This document shows positions 35,781 through 48,986 of a stretch of 64,000 bases of DNA, piece by piece. The translations under genes were made by a program, and so were the position numbers. The notes under the pieces are model-generated. The model ran no database searches, was not told the DNA's origin, and worked only from the letters and a program-made list of their open reading frames with translations. This DNA comes from Eutreptiella sp. 'Long Island Sound 2002' (Eukaryota; Protista; Euglenida): the NCBI GenBank assembly GCA_964036045.1, contig OZ038378.1:142910001-142974000 (forward strand), read 5' to 3'. The first letter of the stretch is position 1. The number at the start of each line of letters is the position of its first letter.

Positions 35781-38700
35781 TTACGGGGGGTGAGCGGGAA
35801 GGCCATCTTGATGGGGTCCCAAGGAAGAGGATGGTCGCCCAACCATTCGAGTGCGCCGTAGATGGCCCGTTTTATCCCTGGGTGTCTGTTGATCAGCGCT
35901 TGCTTGAGCAATAGCATGTGGGCTGGCTTGGTCATGCCTGGCCGGGGAAATGAGAGGGAATGCCACAAGCTTTTTGGAACCAGTGTGCGAATAAAATGTA
36001 GGCCTCCGCCTTTTTTGGTGACGTGCCACCACTATTGTACGATCAACGTGAAGGGGAGGGGGCCAGGCCGCGACAAATGCTTGCGCGAGATGTTCCAGTG
36101 TAGGGCAGAGGGCGATGCACGAAAGGGCATCGTGGGGGTGTGGCGAACAGTGAATGCACTGGTAGTCGTGCAAGTTGTCTGGAAATTCATAGCCGTTAAC
36201 ACAGAGGTTGCCAGAACTGAATTTGAAGGGCATCCCAGAGAACCAGGAGGAAGAGGCATAGTAGTCGTAGCTGGGGGTGACAGCAATGTTGTGGTGCTCA
36301 TGACGTGGAAGGAGGTGGCGAAACCCGCGGATTTTGAGTTTGTGCAAGACGGGGAGGCCATGTTGGCTAAAAGTGCCGAGAGGGGGGGGGAGTAGTGATC
36401 TTTCGAAAACCAGGGAGAAGGCCCCCCAGTTCGCGTAGTCATCGGACACTTCGTTGCCCAAGAACCCCACGTGTCCTTTGATCCACGCTTGGTGTACATT
36501 CAGCTTACCACCATCTGCTAGGAGAAAAAGAAATGCTGCTGCCCAGGTGCCTGAAGGAAAATAGAAGTCTTCTGAGGGTGCGAGGATGACCCGAGTGATG
36601 AGGTCAACTATCTGGGAATTGTCGATGAGGAGGTCGATGCGGTGGTGGGGGCAGAGACGTCGGATGAGCTTTAACGCCATGCATGCTCCCCAGAACTCAG
36701 CGCCTGCCGAGGTAGGGAGGGGGTCGTTTGTACTAGGACGTAAGTGTGGCCCCCTGCGAGGAAGATTGTAACAGCCGCCGCATGCCCCACGTTTCCTGAC
36801 GAGCCGTCAGACTACACCCACACTGTATCATCATCGGAATCTTGCGTGAGAGCTGCGGCGGCAGTGCAGCCCCAGTTTGTGAGGTCAAACGCGCTAAGTG
36901 AGTGAGCTACGGTGACCAAGAAAAGGGGAACATGGATCGTAGTGTCCAGAAGAATGCAATCGTGGGGGGGAAGGGGGGCGTCACGGATGAGTTGCTCAGG
37001 GCGTAACAAAGTCGGAGATGAGATCTGGTGCGGCAGACGGGGGTATGGGTGATAGGTGTGGACCGGAAAATGTGATGTGAAGTTGGTGTCGTTGTTGATG
37101 GTGGCCGTTCCGTCGTGGAAGTGGAGGGTAGCAGTTTTGGATGCCGTGGAAGAGACGCCTCCAACGCATTGTCCGTGCTTCCGGTAGTGGACAACGAGGG
37201 TTTCGCCTGCTTGGAGGTGATGTACAGGTGTGTGCCGCCACACTCCCATAGAGTGGTAACTGAGATGCAGGAAATGAGCGCTGTCAATAATCATGTTTTG
37301 TAGGGGGTTGGGGGTATGCGAAAACAATAACGCAGTGACCGCTTCGGTGACCGCCGCCGGAGCTACTCTGGTGAGGCAGCGTATCGCTGAGTTGACAATC
37401 TGTATGTGGGCCATAATAGGGAGGAAGGATATTTCCAGACCACCTTGGGAGCGGGGGTGGGGGCGATCCATTGGAGATACTTTGGGGGTGATGGAGGATC
37501 GCTGAAGTGCTCTCCAAATATCCTTCTCAAAAAGGTTCAGGGTTTCGACAGGTAGGCAGTGCCCTAAGAGCTGGTACGCAATCATAGGGTGCAGTTGTTT
37601 GTTGACTAACCGAACTTTCTCTGACAGTGTCAGTGGTAGGGGGTCAATATTGGCGAAATAGGCCCTGATTTCGGCGCGCACGGCCGAAGTGAGCTTTTTG
37701 GACTTGTCTTGGGAATACAAATACACCCCGAGATATTTGTAGAAGTTGCGGGGGCGTCCCGTGTCGGGGTTGACGGTGGAAAAAATATGGTTGCGTGTGG
37801 TGAAAAAGTCACGTTGGGGGGAATTGCCGACGGCCTGAACCTCAGTTTTGGAGACATTCATATCAAGCCCCCAGACTCTAGCATTGTGATCAAATAAATT
37901 TAGTGTGGACTGGATGTGCTCAGGGTCTTCACTTTGAATAAGTATGTCATCTACGAAGACATGTTGTTTGGATGTCTTGTTGGGAGGGGGAGGGTGTGTA
38001 GCCATAAAGTGAGCGAGAAGAGCATTGAGGTATAAAATGAAGAGGAGGGGGGATAGGGGGCAGCCCTGGCGGACGCCTCGGCGTTGAAAGTATCGCACGG
38101 GTGTTTGCCCGTTAACAATGGGTGCGTCCACTCAGAGTACAGTAACTTGATGATGTCAGTTGTAGTTGTTGAGAAACCATTGTGTTCTAGCCCTTGGAAG
38201 GGCTCTCGGTGTGGTACCGAATTAAAGGCTTTGTTGAAGTCATTGTAGAGTGCATAGGAGCCTTTTACGTTGGCGTATTTCGCCTTGACATGGAGTATGT
38301 GGTCGTTGCATTGGGTTTTGCGCAACCCGTCGTCTTTGATGGAGAGGTGTACTTTGTGTTGGAGTGCTTGGTTTTGGAAGTGGCATGCTGTTTGGGCTGA
38401 TATTTTTTTATAAATTATGTTTAGTAGTGCTATGGGGCGATAGTTGAGTGGTTTCAACGGGTCTCCTTTCTTGTACAAAAGGCAAACTCAGGCGGTGAGC
38501 CATGTAGGGGGGAGCTCCCGGTGCAGGTAAACATTGGTGACAATCTAGAAAAAGCGCTTGACTGGCTGAGGGGATATGTGTAGGATGTAAGAGGAGGAGT
38601 AGTCGTCCCCTCCCGCTTTGGTGGGCTTTTCATGGTGAAGAAAAGAGGTGTAATCTTTCCATTCTATATGGGAGACGGGGGTGTCGCGGGCAGCGCTAGG

Positions 38701-40369
38701 GCATTGGGGGGTATGTGCTAGCACTTTAGACACGAAGGATGTATGAGGGTGGTAATCGGGGTCGCCTCCCAAGTGTGGTAGGGTGTGGGCAAAGGCTTGG
38801 GCCACGTCTTTGGGGGAGTTCAGGGTGAGGGATGGATTGTTGGGGTCGCGGACGACCATGGGCTGAGGCTCCGGGCGTTGCAAGGCCGCGAAGACTGAAC
38901 GCTTGAGAGATGTGCCCGAGATCATACTTCGGTGGAGGGCCGAGACGGCCTTCCGTTCGGTGTGTTCGTTGAGGGAATTGGACATGTCTTGAATTTTACG
39001 CATATGTGGCTGGAAGCCCTTGTTGTCCGGGGGAGGGATGGACCGAAGGAGTGTGGCTAGGGCATGCTTCCTTTTGTTGGTCTTTGTGTCTGGGGAGGGG
39101 CTAGTGATGGAGTGGTAGGCCCGGGTGAGTTGCTGAAGAACGGAGGCAACCGCCTTTTCTAGCTCTCCGGGGGGTGGCTGCTGCTAGAGAGGAGGAGGCC
39201 GATGAGCAGCAGTTTGCTAAAAAAGAGACTTGTTTTGTGAACGTTTCCATTTTTTGGGGCTTCAGGGCACGGAACACCATGGGTGGTGGTGGGGGGGTTG
39301 GAAGGAGGATGGGCGAGGGAAACTGGAGGGAGGTTGTGATGGGGTGATGATCGAAGAAGGTGTGGTCCCGCAGGACCGACGCCTCTTTGATGGGCAGGGC
39401 CCGGTGCATGTATAAGGAGGCAAAGATGTCGTCCAATCGGGCCGAGATATCCCAGTACTCCGTTCTATACCGTTTGAAGACGCGGCTGTGATGATGCAGG
39501 TGCCTATAAGAGTCAACTGAATAGGGCGGACAGGTGGAAGAATGGCCAGTGAGCCATTTCCATGTGTGGTCACTTGTCAAACCTTCGGAGTCCATTGACG
39601 GGTCAAGCACTGCATTAAAATCACCGCCAAGTAGGTGGAGGGGGTATTTGGCCGCAAGGCGGGGGAGGAGCGCTTCCAGGGTGTCACGGTAGATTGCGGG
39701 GTCAGTGGGTCTGTGGGGGGGGCAGTAGACGGACGCTATAGCCAGGGTGGGAAGCCCCGGAGGGGTGACGGTGCATGCAGCTAGTAGCCCATGGGCGTCT
39801 TTGAAAGCGGGCAAGGGCTGCGAGTAGCGGCTTAGGGACGGGCCGACCACCACTGCTGCGCCGCGGGCTCGTCCTGTGCTATTGTGGTAAATGCAGACGC
39901 GGTCCATGCCCGAAGCGAACACCATTGGTACTTAGGGTGGGAAATTCAATTCTTGACAAAGTATGATGTCATACACCTATGCTTTCTTTGGAATATTTGC
40001 TTTTACGAAAATTGATTGATATGACCCGAAGCATTGTGAGTGGGGGGGCAGGGGAAGTGATGGGTCGCTGGTACTGCTTTCTAGCTTTGAACCGCACAGG
40101 AGGCCGAGAGAGGGGGGCAGGAGTAGCGGGCTGAAGATATTTGTCCAATGCACCCCATGGTCGAGGGAGGAAGACTGGTGGTGAGGACTCAAAGGGCAGA
40201 GGGCGGGGAGGGGATCCAGCGCGACGTTTATCTGGCTCTGGCGGGGGGAGGGCAATGTTGGGGTGATGTATTTTGGAGAATGGAGCGTGGTGATCTCATC
40301 TGTGTGCACGCCAAGGTTAGCTAGCCTAGATTGGAGGGAGGGAGCCATGCAGGCGAAAAGGAACTTCAT
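35781..40369 (-). pseudogene. LINE-A ORF2 (APE endonuclease, RT, RNase H, C-terminal Cys/His knuckle) with stops and frameshifts
   Basis: APE: DIILCQE, GGDFNA, RLDDIF, DHHPI. RT: YKKGD.....NYRPIAL, DFNKAFNSV, GVRQGCPLSP, FVDD, YKYLGV. RNase H: DGSSG, SAGAEFWG, DNS, WIKGHVGFLGNEVSD. Knuckle: CIHC...H....C. Confidence 0.95.
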
Positions 40370-41007
40370 GGCTGCTCAAGCGGGGAAGGACTGGGATGTT
40401 CAGGGAAGGGGGGATCCACGCTGCGTACAACCATGCTCCACCTAGCGTCCCGAGGGCATTTGAGGCCGTCATGTAAATCGTGGTCCCGAGCCGCAACGGC
40501 GTGGCTCCATTGGTGTCGAGACTCTCCTTTGAGCAAGAGCAGAGATGCCGGCCAAAGGAAAAAGGACCAATCGGGGGGCGAGTCCAGCGGCATTTTGTGC
40601 TTGTGCATGTCGAAATTACAGGTGGAACCCCAAGAAAAAATTCCTACCCACGAACCTAACCGTTTTTTTTCAGTGTGGTATCCGATTCCCGACGGTTCCG
40701 GTTTGACGGGATAGAAATTGACCGAGACCTGGTTCGGGTAGGCAAGAAAAGGGTCTATTTGCAGGGACTTGGCGTGTGCGACGCCGAAAAGGGGTTGGAA
40801 AACGGGAGGAATGGGTGTGGTCGGGGTGATGTGCTCGGAGTTTGGGTCATAGGAGAACCCATAATGTATTGTGGTGCGGGGTCCAATGTGTCTCATCGTT
40901 TCCTTCCGCACTGCAGACACGATGGACTCTAGTACGGATCCGCTTACGGCGTCTTCAACGTAGTGGACTCCTGGCGGGCATACTGATGGCGGGTCGAGCA
41001 GAGACAT
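40366..41007 (-). CDS. AlkB-family 2OG-Fe(II) dioxygenase, intact, directly upstream of LINE-A ORF2
   Basis: Motifs HYGFSY, NQVSVNFY, GIGYHTE (Hx[D/E]), RHQWSHAV (distal His) and RWSMVVR. Its TGA overlaps the ORF2 ATG (ATGA at 40369-40366). Confidence 0.9.
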   Translation of the reverse strand: MSLLDPPSVCPPGVHYVEDAVSGSVLESIVSAVRKETMRHIGPRTTIHYGFSYDPNSEHITPTTPIPPVFQPLFGVAHAKSLQIDPFLAYPNQVSVNFYPVKPEPSGIGYHTEKKRLGSWVGIFSWGSTCNFDMHKHKMPLDSPPDWSFFLWPASLLLLKGESRHQWSHAVAARDHDLHDGLKCPRDARWSMVVRSVDPPFPEHPSPSPLEQP

Positions 41008-41699
41008 CTTTTCCGTGGTGTTCAGCTCTTTCGCGCGCGCCTCGTAGTGTTGGTGTATGCGGCCGTTCCTCCCCTTAGTCTAGCTCCCTCCGCGTTGCCT
41101 TACCTTTTTTACCCGTATTGCTGTTTTTCTTTGCTGTGTTCGTGGCTCTTTGTTTCTTTTGGTTTTCTTAGGTTTGTCTTTTCGATACCGTGCTGTCCTC
41201 CGTTGACCTCCCCCTGTCCGTTTCGCACCGCTCCGCCGACCTCCTGTCGCAAAACGAAGACAAAGCAAAGCTGCATAGGCACAATTCGCCGGGGTCTCTC
41301 ACATCATGCTCTGGGTTCACCTCTTGCTCCCGGAACGTGAACTTGAACCCAAGACCCCACAAAGTGGTGCCTGGCTGGTTGGCCTCTAGCACTTGTACCC
41401 CGTAGCGCCGAAAAGCGCTGGGGGTGCACGTCGCTGTTGTCGTTGGATGGAAATGCGGACGTTGTCCCGCATATGAGCTGGGTTGCCGTGCCGCTATGCT
41501 GCTGGCCCGATGTGTGACAGCTGCGGGCTTTATATACTCTAAGCTGATTGACTGAGTGGTGGGGAGGGCAAGCTTCGAGGCTAGCTGCCCGGACAGCGCG
41601 ATGATCTGCCCGCGTTACGGGCCACTGTCACCGTCTCCGGCGTTCGCCCCTCGGTGTTGTCCTCTGCGGCGGCGCTCTGGGCAGCCCCGTACTCTCCTT

Positions 41700-44600
41700 G
41701 CGGATGTTACCGTCGTCCGCCTTTGCCGCCTCCTTTGCCCCCAGAGGAACGTGCAACTGGCATCCGGTACGCCAACGGCCCTATGGCGTGCAACACCAGG
41801 CTCCATGTGCCCCTGCGCAGGCAACAGGCCCCTCCAGCCTCAAACTCCTGCAGCTCAGGTGCGCTGTCCCGTGGCCGCCAGGGTGCCAGGAGCAAGTGCA
41901 CTCCCAGACCTCCTTCTTGGCACCCGTGCTCCCATGCCTTCCGCACCGTACGGAGATGTCGCCCCTCCGTTTCTGCCCCGCACCACGTCACTTGGTCCAC
42001 TCCCAGCGCAATGCGGCGGACTGGGATCCCTCGGTAGTGCGGGTCCCACCCTCTGCAGGGCACCCCCTAGGTCACGTCCACCAAGCGGGAGCACGTGTGC
42101 TGCACTGCCAAGTGGAGCGCATCTGCCGGTACCCTGACATGCGGTTGCTAAGGGGTGCTATGGTCATGCGGATCCTAGCCGCGGAGCGCTGTCACTGCCT
42201 CACACCCTGTCGGCGTCCACCGCACATATTGCAGGTTGTGCGGCACCTCTTTGCGTGCTCGGATGCGGTACGCGACCCGCATGCAGTCAAGCACAGCCAA
42301 GCGCGCATCGCGCCCCAACAGGCGCTGGACCTCCTGCACAAAGGCCGACGATGGGACACTGCCAAGGTACATGGGCCAGACTGGCGCCCCGCAGCGCACC
42401 AGGTGGCGACGCCAAGGCTTGACCCACACGACGTACACCGCCACTGATGGCGCCCAAACCCTCATGCCATTCCACACCCGTTGAATCCGGTTGGCAGGCT
42501 GGGCGCCACGGCGGATGATGGCCTCCACGGGCCCCATCTCTTCTTCCTATCGGGCATGGGCAGCACGGCACCCATGCACTCGATGCACCCGCACGCAAGT
42601 TGCTCCCATGCCGCACCCTCCACACTGCCCATCAGATTCTTCCGCCGCCAGGTACTGACTCGGGTCCTCGTAGAAGGCAGACAATTGTACAGCCGCCGCA
42701 TCCTCGGGGTAGTAGGGGGACAAACGTTCCCACCCCCCCCCCAGCTGCCTGTCAGTCACCAGCTCGTGCAGCTGATGCACCGGCTCCACGCTCTCCACAC
42801 TGTCTAGCGAGCCCTTGGTGGTCCACTGGAATTTGCAATGCGGTTGCCTACGCACATCGCAGATGACGTGACCGTGCCCACAGAAGAGCATCGACTCGCG
42901 GTCACACCAGCTGGTTGGGCACTTCCACTTCTCCTCCGGGTTTTGCACGCTGCGCGCCAGCTTGGACTCCTGATCGGCTCCCGCATTCAGCACTCAGATG
43001 GTGTCGGTGCACTTGGTGTCGTGCTGAGCAGGCGCCCAGCCCGTCAATACATACCCCGCGAACAGGATCTCGTCGCGGGCCTCTACCCGCTGCATGATCT
43101 CAGTGGAGCTGTCATTCAGGGGGTAGGACACCAGTCGAACCACTCCCGACCGATTGTCCATCCACCTGCCCAGCGCCACTTTTACGCCTTGTTGAGCACA
43201 CCGCCGCCGCACAGCTGCCACAAGTTCGTGTAGGGTGGTCATCTCAAAGAGCGTGGGAGCGCACTGACTGCCTGCATGCATGCCCGCGCCCTCCACACCA
43301 CTCGCCCATCAAGGTCCGCAGCCAACACACCGAGCCCCCAGGTGCGCTAGGCATGGTCCGCACTGGTGTCACCAACAATCAGGACCATTCCGTCGCGGAC
43401 GCACTTGAAGTCTGCCGTGCACTCCCAGCGGTCTCAAGCATGGTGCCCCGCACACCAGCCGACAGCCCAGCCGTGGGCCACACCCCACTCTGCCAATGTG
43501 TGGTAGTCAGTACCTTGCATGCGCCCCGCCGACGTAGCCGTTCACTGCAGCACCTCCTCTCTATCGAAGGCCTACTTCACCTCCCACTGCGTGACCAGCT
43601 TTGTGGGAAGATCGACAGAGCACATCGCACTGTACAGGTTCTGCCACAAGCCTGTCCCAAGGGCAGTGAGCTGGTTGCTGCATGCCCAGGGCCCCGCGCC
43701 CCTGATCGCCGAAGATGAACCTCCACGGCCTCTTGAACGGCAGCAATTTGCGGACGAGGTTGGCCACAGAGGCCACTGTTGCCGCCACATGCTGCTCCTT
43801 GCCTTGTCATGCCAACACGTCCGCTAGGGCTTTAACGATCTTTTTGTGGGTCCATGCATTGATCAAGACCCCTCGGATGAGCACCCGCAGAAGGACCATG
43901 CTCGGCACATGCAGCCGCAAGCGGCTCAGCATGGCCTTGCACTTGGGTCTGAACACCGTCTTGTCTGCCGTGGCCAGGGAGAACCAATTGATATCTCCTC
44001 CCAGGAGGTTGACGTAGGCCCGCCGTGCCTTGGCCTTGACCAGGTGGCCATCCACTAGAACTGCCCCGCGACCCGCGTCCATCGCACCCTCCTTCACGGG
44101 CACCAAGTGAACGAGGTCAAACTTGTCCGCATTGTTGATGAGGTTCATCCGGGCTGCATGTTGTAGCGTTGCGTTGGCCTCTTGCTCCAGAACTATATGG
44201 TCATTGGCGGGGATGACAGTATCGTCCACCGTGGCCTGTGGGCCGCGAAGCCGCGGCCCATGCCGTGTCCAGATGTGCACTCCTTGGGTGTGGCGTTGGT
44301 ACCACACTGCCATTAGCATGGGGTCCATGCCTCCCCCTTGGATTGCTCCTCCATGTATTCGGTATCCTTCCGTGAGGCCACCGGACGTGAGGACGTAGAC
44401 AACCAGCGCTGCATATAGGAGCAGCGCCTGTCCCCACGACCAGCGGAGAACGGGCTCGTCCTCAACCACCCGCGTCATGCCGACGCGGTTGGTCTGGCCA
44501 TACGCGTTGGACTGGTCCAGCAGTAACATCAGGAACTCCTGCCCCCGCACCACATGCCGCAACATGGCGGTGTAGAGCAGTCACCGCGGGTGGTTGCCGC

Positions 44601-46230
44601 TGGAGCCTTTCACTGCAGCATACTGGAAGTGGAGGAGCGCCGAACTGCTGAGCTGTGGCTGTGTGCGGTGCCACTGCCCCCTCTGCATGGTACGCGGGGC
44701 TGCACTTTCCTCTAGCACAGGCCTCGATATCTTGTTACTGTCGCAGCCCTTCTTACCCGGCTTTTTAAGGGGGAAATGGATGGCCCCCAGCGACTCTGGT
44801 GGCACGCATCCATCCCCCTGGCTCAGCATGCTGGCCACGTGGAGCACACCCACGAGACCCGGGGAGCGCTGCAATTTGCCTGCATACCCGTCCATGGTCA
44901 TTGCGTTCCACGTGACGGTCTACAGAAGCTCGATCGTCTCCACCACCCCGTAACGATGCCCAAATTCCATGTGCTACAGCTCCTCGAGAGTGACGCTGGG
45001 CAACCTGTGCCCTCGCCTGCTCCACCACGGCGCGCTCATCACGGGGCACCTCCATGATGCGGGGTGTCCGATATCTGGCTATATCTCTTGGCGCCATTTC
45101 GGTCCTGGGCGGCGGGTGCCTCTTGGCTGCCTCCCGTGCCACCACCGCCTTGACGCCGTCACCACGCACCACCTGCTGCCTCTCTAAGTCCCATACCTCC
45201 TTCAGCGGGAGCAGGGAAAACGGCTTAGCCAGGCGAATGGTCCGCATTCCTTCGCCGGTGAGGAGACCATCCGCTAGCAGCTGCTTTTCTGTCACCATGG
45301 GCCTCCAAGCCACACGGGAGACCTCCTCGTTGTGCCACTCTTGGTCCTGCAGCGTGCCAGTGAGCTTGTCCGCCTTGGCCATCACTTTGTGCCAGAGATC
45401 TTGCTCCCGCTTGTGCTTGCCCTCTGCCACTGCTGCCATCGCTTCCCGCATAAGCACCATCCATGCCGCCGTGGGCATGCGGGGGTAGCTGAGGGCTTCC
45501 GTGACGTCACTATATTGCCGGCGCTCTGCATCGCCCCAGCCTGCAATGTCCACGGGCCGTCCTCCCGCGGCTGCATGAGCACCGCCGCCGGACCACAGCA
45601 GGATGCAACAGATCACCGTGGGATGGTCCGCCACACCTGCCGCATACCGCACTGCCCCATGCGTGGCACGGTCGGTGGGCGTCACGGCCTAGTCTTTGTG
45701 TAGCGGCGGCTCGGCCCCAGCCCACTGGATGGCACAGCCTAGCCGCTGTCTGAAGGTGATTCTTGGGTCATGGCAAGGCACGGATCTATTCCAATCCCCA
45801 ATTGCCAGGAACCGGACCCCTCCATGGGCGTTCTTGACGGGGGCTACTTCCTTGGTCACTTGCTCGTAGGCGTCCATCTCCGCGCGCTGGGACATATGAA
45901 CTGCTATGAGCCCAAGCGGGCCCACTGTTGTGGAGACGGCGACCACCAGGGCATGCCGGTTGTCGAGCAACACACAATGCCCTTCTGTTTTGGTGCGCCC
46001 ACGGCCCAGTCGCACCCACAGAACGATGCCCCGTCATGTCCCCATGATGGGGCTGGGGATACAGATATACCCTGCCACATCCAGGTCGACTTCATCCTTC
46101 AGATCCCAGACCTCGACGAGGGCCAACACCGTGACTTGCAGCGCCGTGGCCTTTGCCCGAATGATCTCCCACTTGGCCGCAGTTAGGCTTCGCACGTTCT
46201 CAGCCATGACCACCCATCTTTCACAGCGGC
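41700..46230 (-). pseudogene. LINE-B ORF2, multiple stops
   Basis: APE: MAENVRSL, ALVEVW, RGIVLWV, AIGDWN, DHPTV. RT: FPLKKPG, LDQSNAYG, GAIQGGGMDP, TVDD, VNLLG. RNase H: VGDTS, FEMTT, MDNRS, WAPAQH...NAGADQESK. Confidence 0.8.
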
Positions 46231-47374
46231 CTTCTCCACCAGAAAGGACCACCGGCAGGTGCCAGCGGGCGTCCTCCATGAGTTGTCTGTCACTGGTGAA
46301 TGTGGGGTGCAGCATGCAGCTGTTGAGCAGGCGGGTGCCAAGCTTTGTGTCGCTGCATTGCACCTCACACTGCCGCACGCTCGGGTCATGGCCTGCCCAA
46401 TCACATCATGCTTTCCACCACATCTCTGCGGGGTCCTCTTCACTGGCAGATATCCACGGATTCTTCGCCTTGGCGATGCCTCCATCGTCTTGGTGCCCCC
46501 GCATATGGCCTATGCCACATCAAGCACATCGTGCCGCCACGTGCCACAGGGCACCTCACAGCTTAGCGGCAGGTGCATGCGAAGAAGGGACATCTGGTGG
46601 TCCCATGCTACCCCCGCCACAAGCTCCAGGTCCGTGCCCCTACATTCGAAGAACCCCACGGTTCCGCCAGAGGCCTGCTTCGCTTCTGCATGGGGCTGGC
46701 TTGGCGCAATCCACGCCATTGTGCGGCGTCCCAGCCTCTCTCCGCCCGTATCATTGCCTCGTGTGCCGCGTGTGACGTGCCACTCAGCACCACATCTGGT
46801 GCGCAGCAGCGCCGCTAATGGACCACGTTTGGGCTACACACGCTTGAGTTCCTACGTTGCCTGCAACGCCCATAGTGGGACGCCCGGCGCTTTCTTGGGG
46901 CCATGTCTCTTCTTCGCCGACACGGGCTTCCTGCGGAACTCGCTGCCGATGACAGCCACTTGGGCGGCATCCTCAGAGCAGGCCCCCAGCCCCTGCACAT
47001 CCATCTCCTCCTGCCATGCTGCGCACATCCTCCGGCTCCCACGTGACTCCTCGTTGGTCACCGTGCCTCGCACGCACCACATGCCGTACCGGTTCCTGCC
47101 TGGCGCGCTCGAGATCCTCGCGCGGGCCGCCACACCCCCCATCACCATACCACACCCTCCCTCCTGGGTACTCCGCCACACTGATGCCCTAGAAGGACAA
47201 GTACGGGCTGTGGGCGGTGAACGGGGGACACACGGTCCAGGCGACATGGTCGTCCCACATACCTTCATAGGCTGCCTGCGAGGCGTTCACGACCACTGCG
47301 TTGTGTGCTTCTCTCCCTTGCGGTTGCCGGGGCAACAACGCCGCTACCCGCGCCGTCACCGCCAACCCCTCGGT

Positions 47375-48986
47375 TCAGACGATGGTGAGGAACGACTTGT
47401 CCTGCTTATCGTGGTCATCCTTCAACTTCAGGGACGCCCGTGGTTGCCCATCCAGCACTCTATTGATGGACTCTTGATCCGCCACCAACATGACACTGTT
47501 GGACGCTGTCTTGGGGTCGCACGCTTGGTGGATCTCTTTCCACACGGCGTCGTGGTTCGAGTGCGCAAACAGCAGCTTCCGCCTGCGGACCACGTGGTCA
47601 ACCTCCTTGCCCCGCAAATTGTCCACATACACGACCCCCAGCGTACCCGTGGCATCCAAGACCCTCTCGAACACGTGCCCATCCGCTGCGACATCGTGAT
47701 TGACCACGGTGGCCCTTCGCCTGCTCTGCCTTGCGCTTGTGCTCCTCAACCTCCCGGTGCTCCTGCTCACACCGGGCCTCCTCCCGCTGCTTGGTCGCCG
47801 CGGCATCCGCCAGCAAGCTCTTCTCCGCCTCCGTGAGGCGCTGTGGGTCGCCGCCTTGTCGGCGCCTCTTGAGATCCGGCAGTGCACTCTCAGGCTGGGC
47901 TCGGCGCCGGTGGTCCGCCCCGTCGCCGCTGTCGTCGGTGGCGCTCCAGTCCTCTGGGTGGGCGTTGCGCTGGTCCAGCTCGTCCTGCCAACGGTCGCAC
48001 TTGCTCTTCCACTGCCGGCGGGCCTGCCTTATGTCCTGGACCGCTCGGACAGCCCGCGACAGCCAAGCCCGTGACAAGCGGTCGATCTCCTCGTCGCGCA
48101 CGGCATCCAATCGCTCTAGGACTTCATCAATGCCATCAGACTGCAGGCTGTCCATGAGGTCCGCCGCATTGTCCTCCCTACCGATGACTATGACAGCCTC
48201 GCACGCCGCGCCATGAAGGTTCTCCGTCTCGGAGATCGCCAGACCATGGAGGGAGTCGACGAGATTGCGCGCGCGCCGCATGCGCTGTCTGGCCTCTGCC
48301 AGTCCGTCAGCCCCGCCTTTGCCCTTGCCGCCCCCTCGTGGGGTACCTGTGCCTTGCGTTGGCCACTCATTGGGCGCCCGCGGCAGGGCGTCGGCGCCGA
48401 TGTGCCGCAGATGCGGGGCCCAAATCTGAAAAAGGGTCTTCCATCCTTGCCGGGCCAGCAGCTGCCGTAGGGCCTCCTCAGTGATGTCACCCGCAGACGT
48501 TGACTCCGGGTCAGCAACACGCGTGGTCACTGCATGAGCAGCAACCCACTGCTCCGACAAGGACAGCCCCTGCCCAGTGCGCAGCTGCTCCTCGGTGATC
48601 TTCAGGCTGCCCGCTACCTCCTCTGCTTCCTCCGCCGTGATGTGCTTGAGGGCCGCCTCAAGGGATTGCACACGCAGCGGTATCGTGCTCGAGGATGCGG
48701 CCCCTCTCTGCATTGCTGAGGCCCGTCGTGAGGATGGCCAGCTGTAGGATCCGGGCCGCATGGGACCTTGCAGTGACGACATCCGCCTTCTGCTCCTCAC
48801 CATGCCATCAGGCAGCACAGCCACACCTGTTATCTCTAACAGGACCAGCTTCTTGTCTACGGCCTGCCGCTGCTGGGACCCATTGGACTGTGTATCCCCG
48901 ATCATGGTGTGGTCTGCAAGACACGGGTCGCACGGCACACACACGTCACTACCATTGATACCACGTGCCCCCCTTTGCTGTGACAC
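47375..48986 (-). pseudogene. LINE-B ORF1-like coiled-coil protein (462-aa frame 47598-48986, continuing in a shifted frame)
   Basis: Long ORF with charged heptads (KQREEARCEQEHREVEEHKRKAEQAK), followed by frame-shifted VVNHDVAADG...KSFLTIV. Confidence 0.6.

Larger units (their letters stand above)
34200..41050 (-). mobile_element. Non-LTR retrotransposon LINE-A (AlkB ORF plus APE-RT-RNaseH-Zn knuckle ORF2)
   Basis: Colinear domains on the minus strand and a strongly C/A-rich coding strand. The 3' boundary is uncertain (34200-35780). Confidence 0.9.

Noticed and set aside
46259-47836. 525-aa plus-strand ORF
   Set aside because: It is antisense to GC-rich LINE-B coding sequence and has no recognisable motif.
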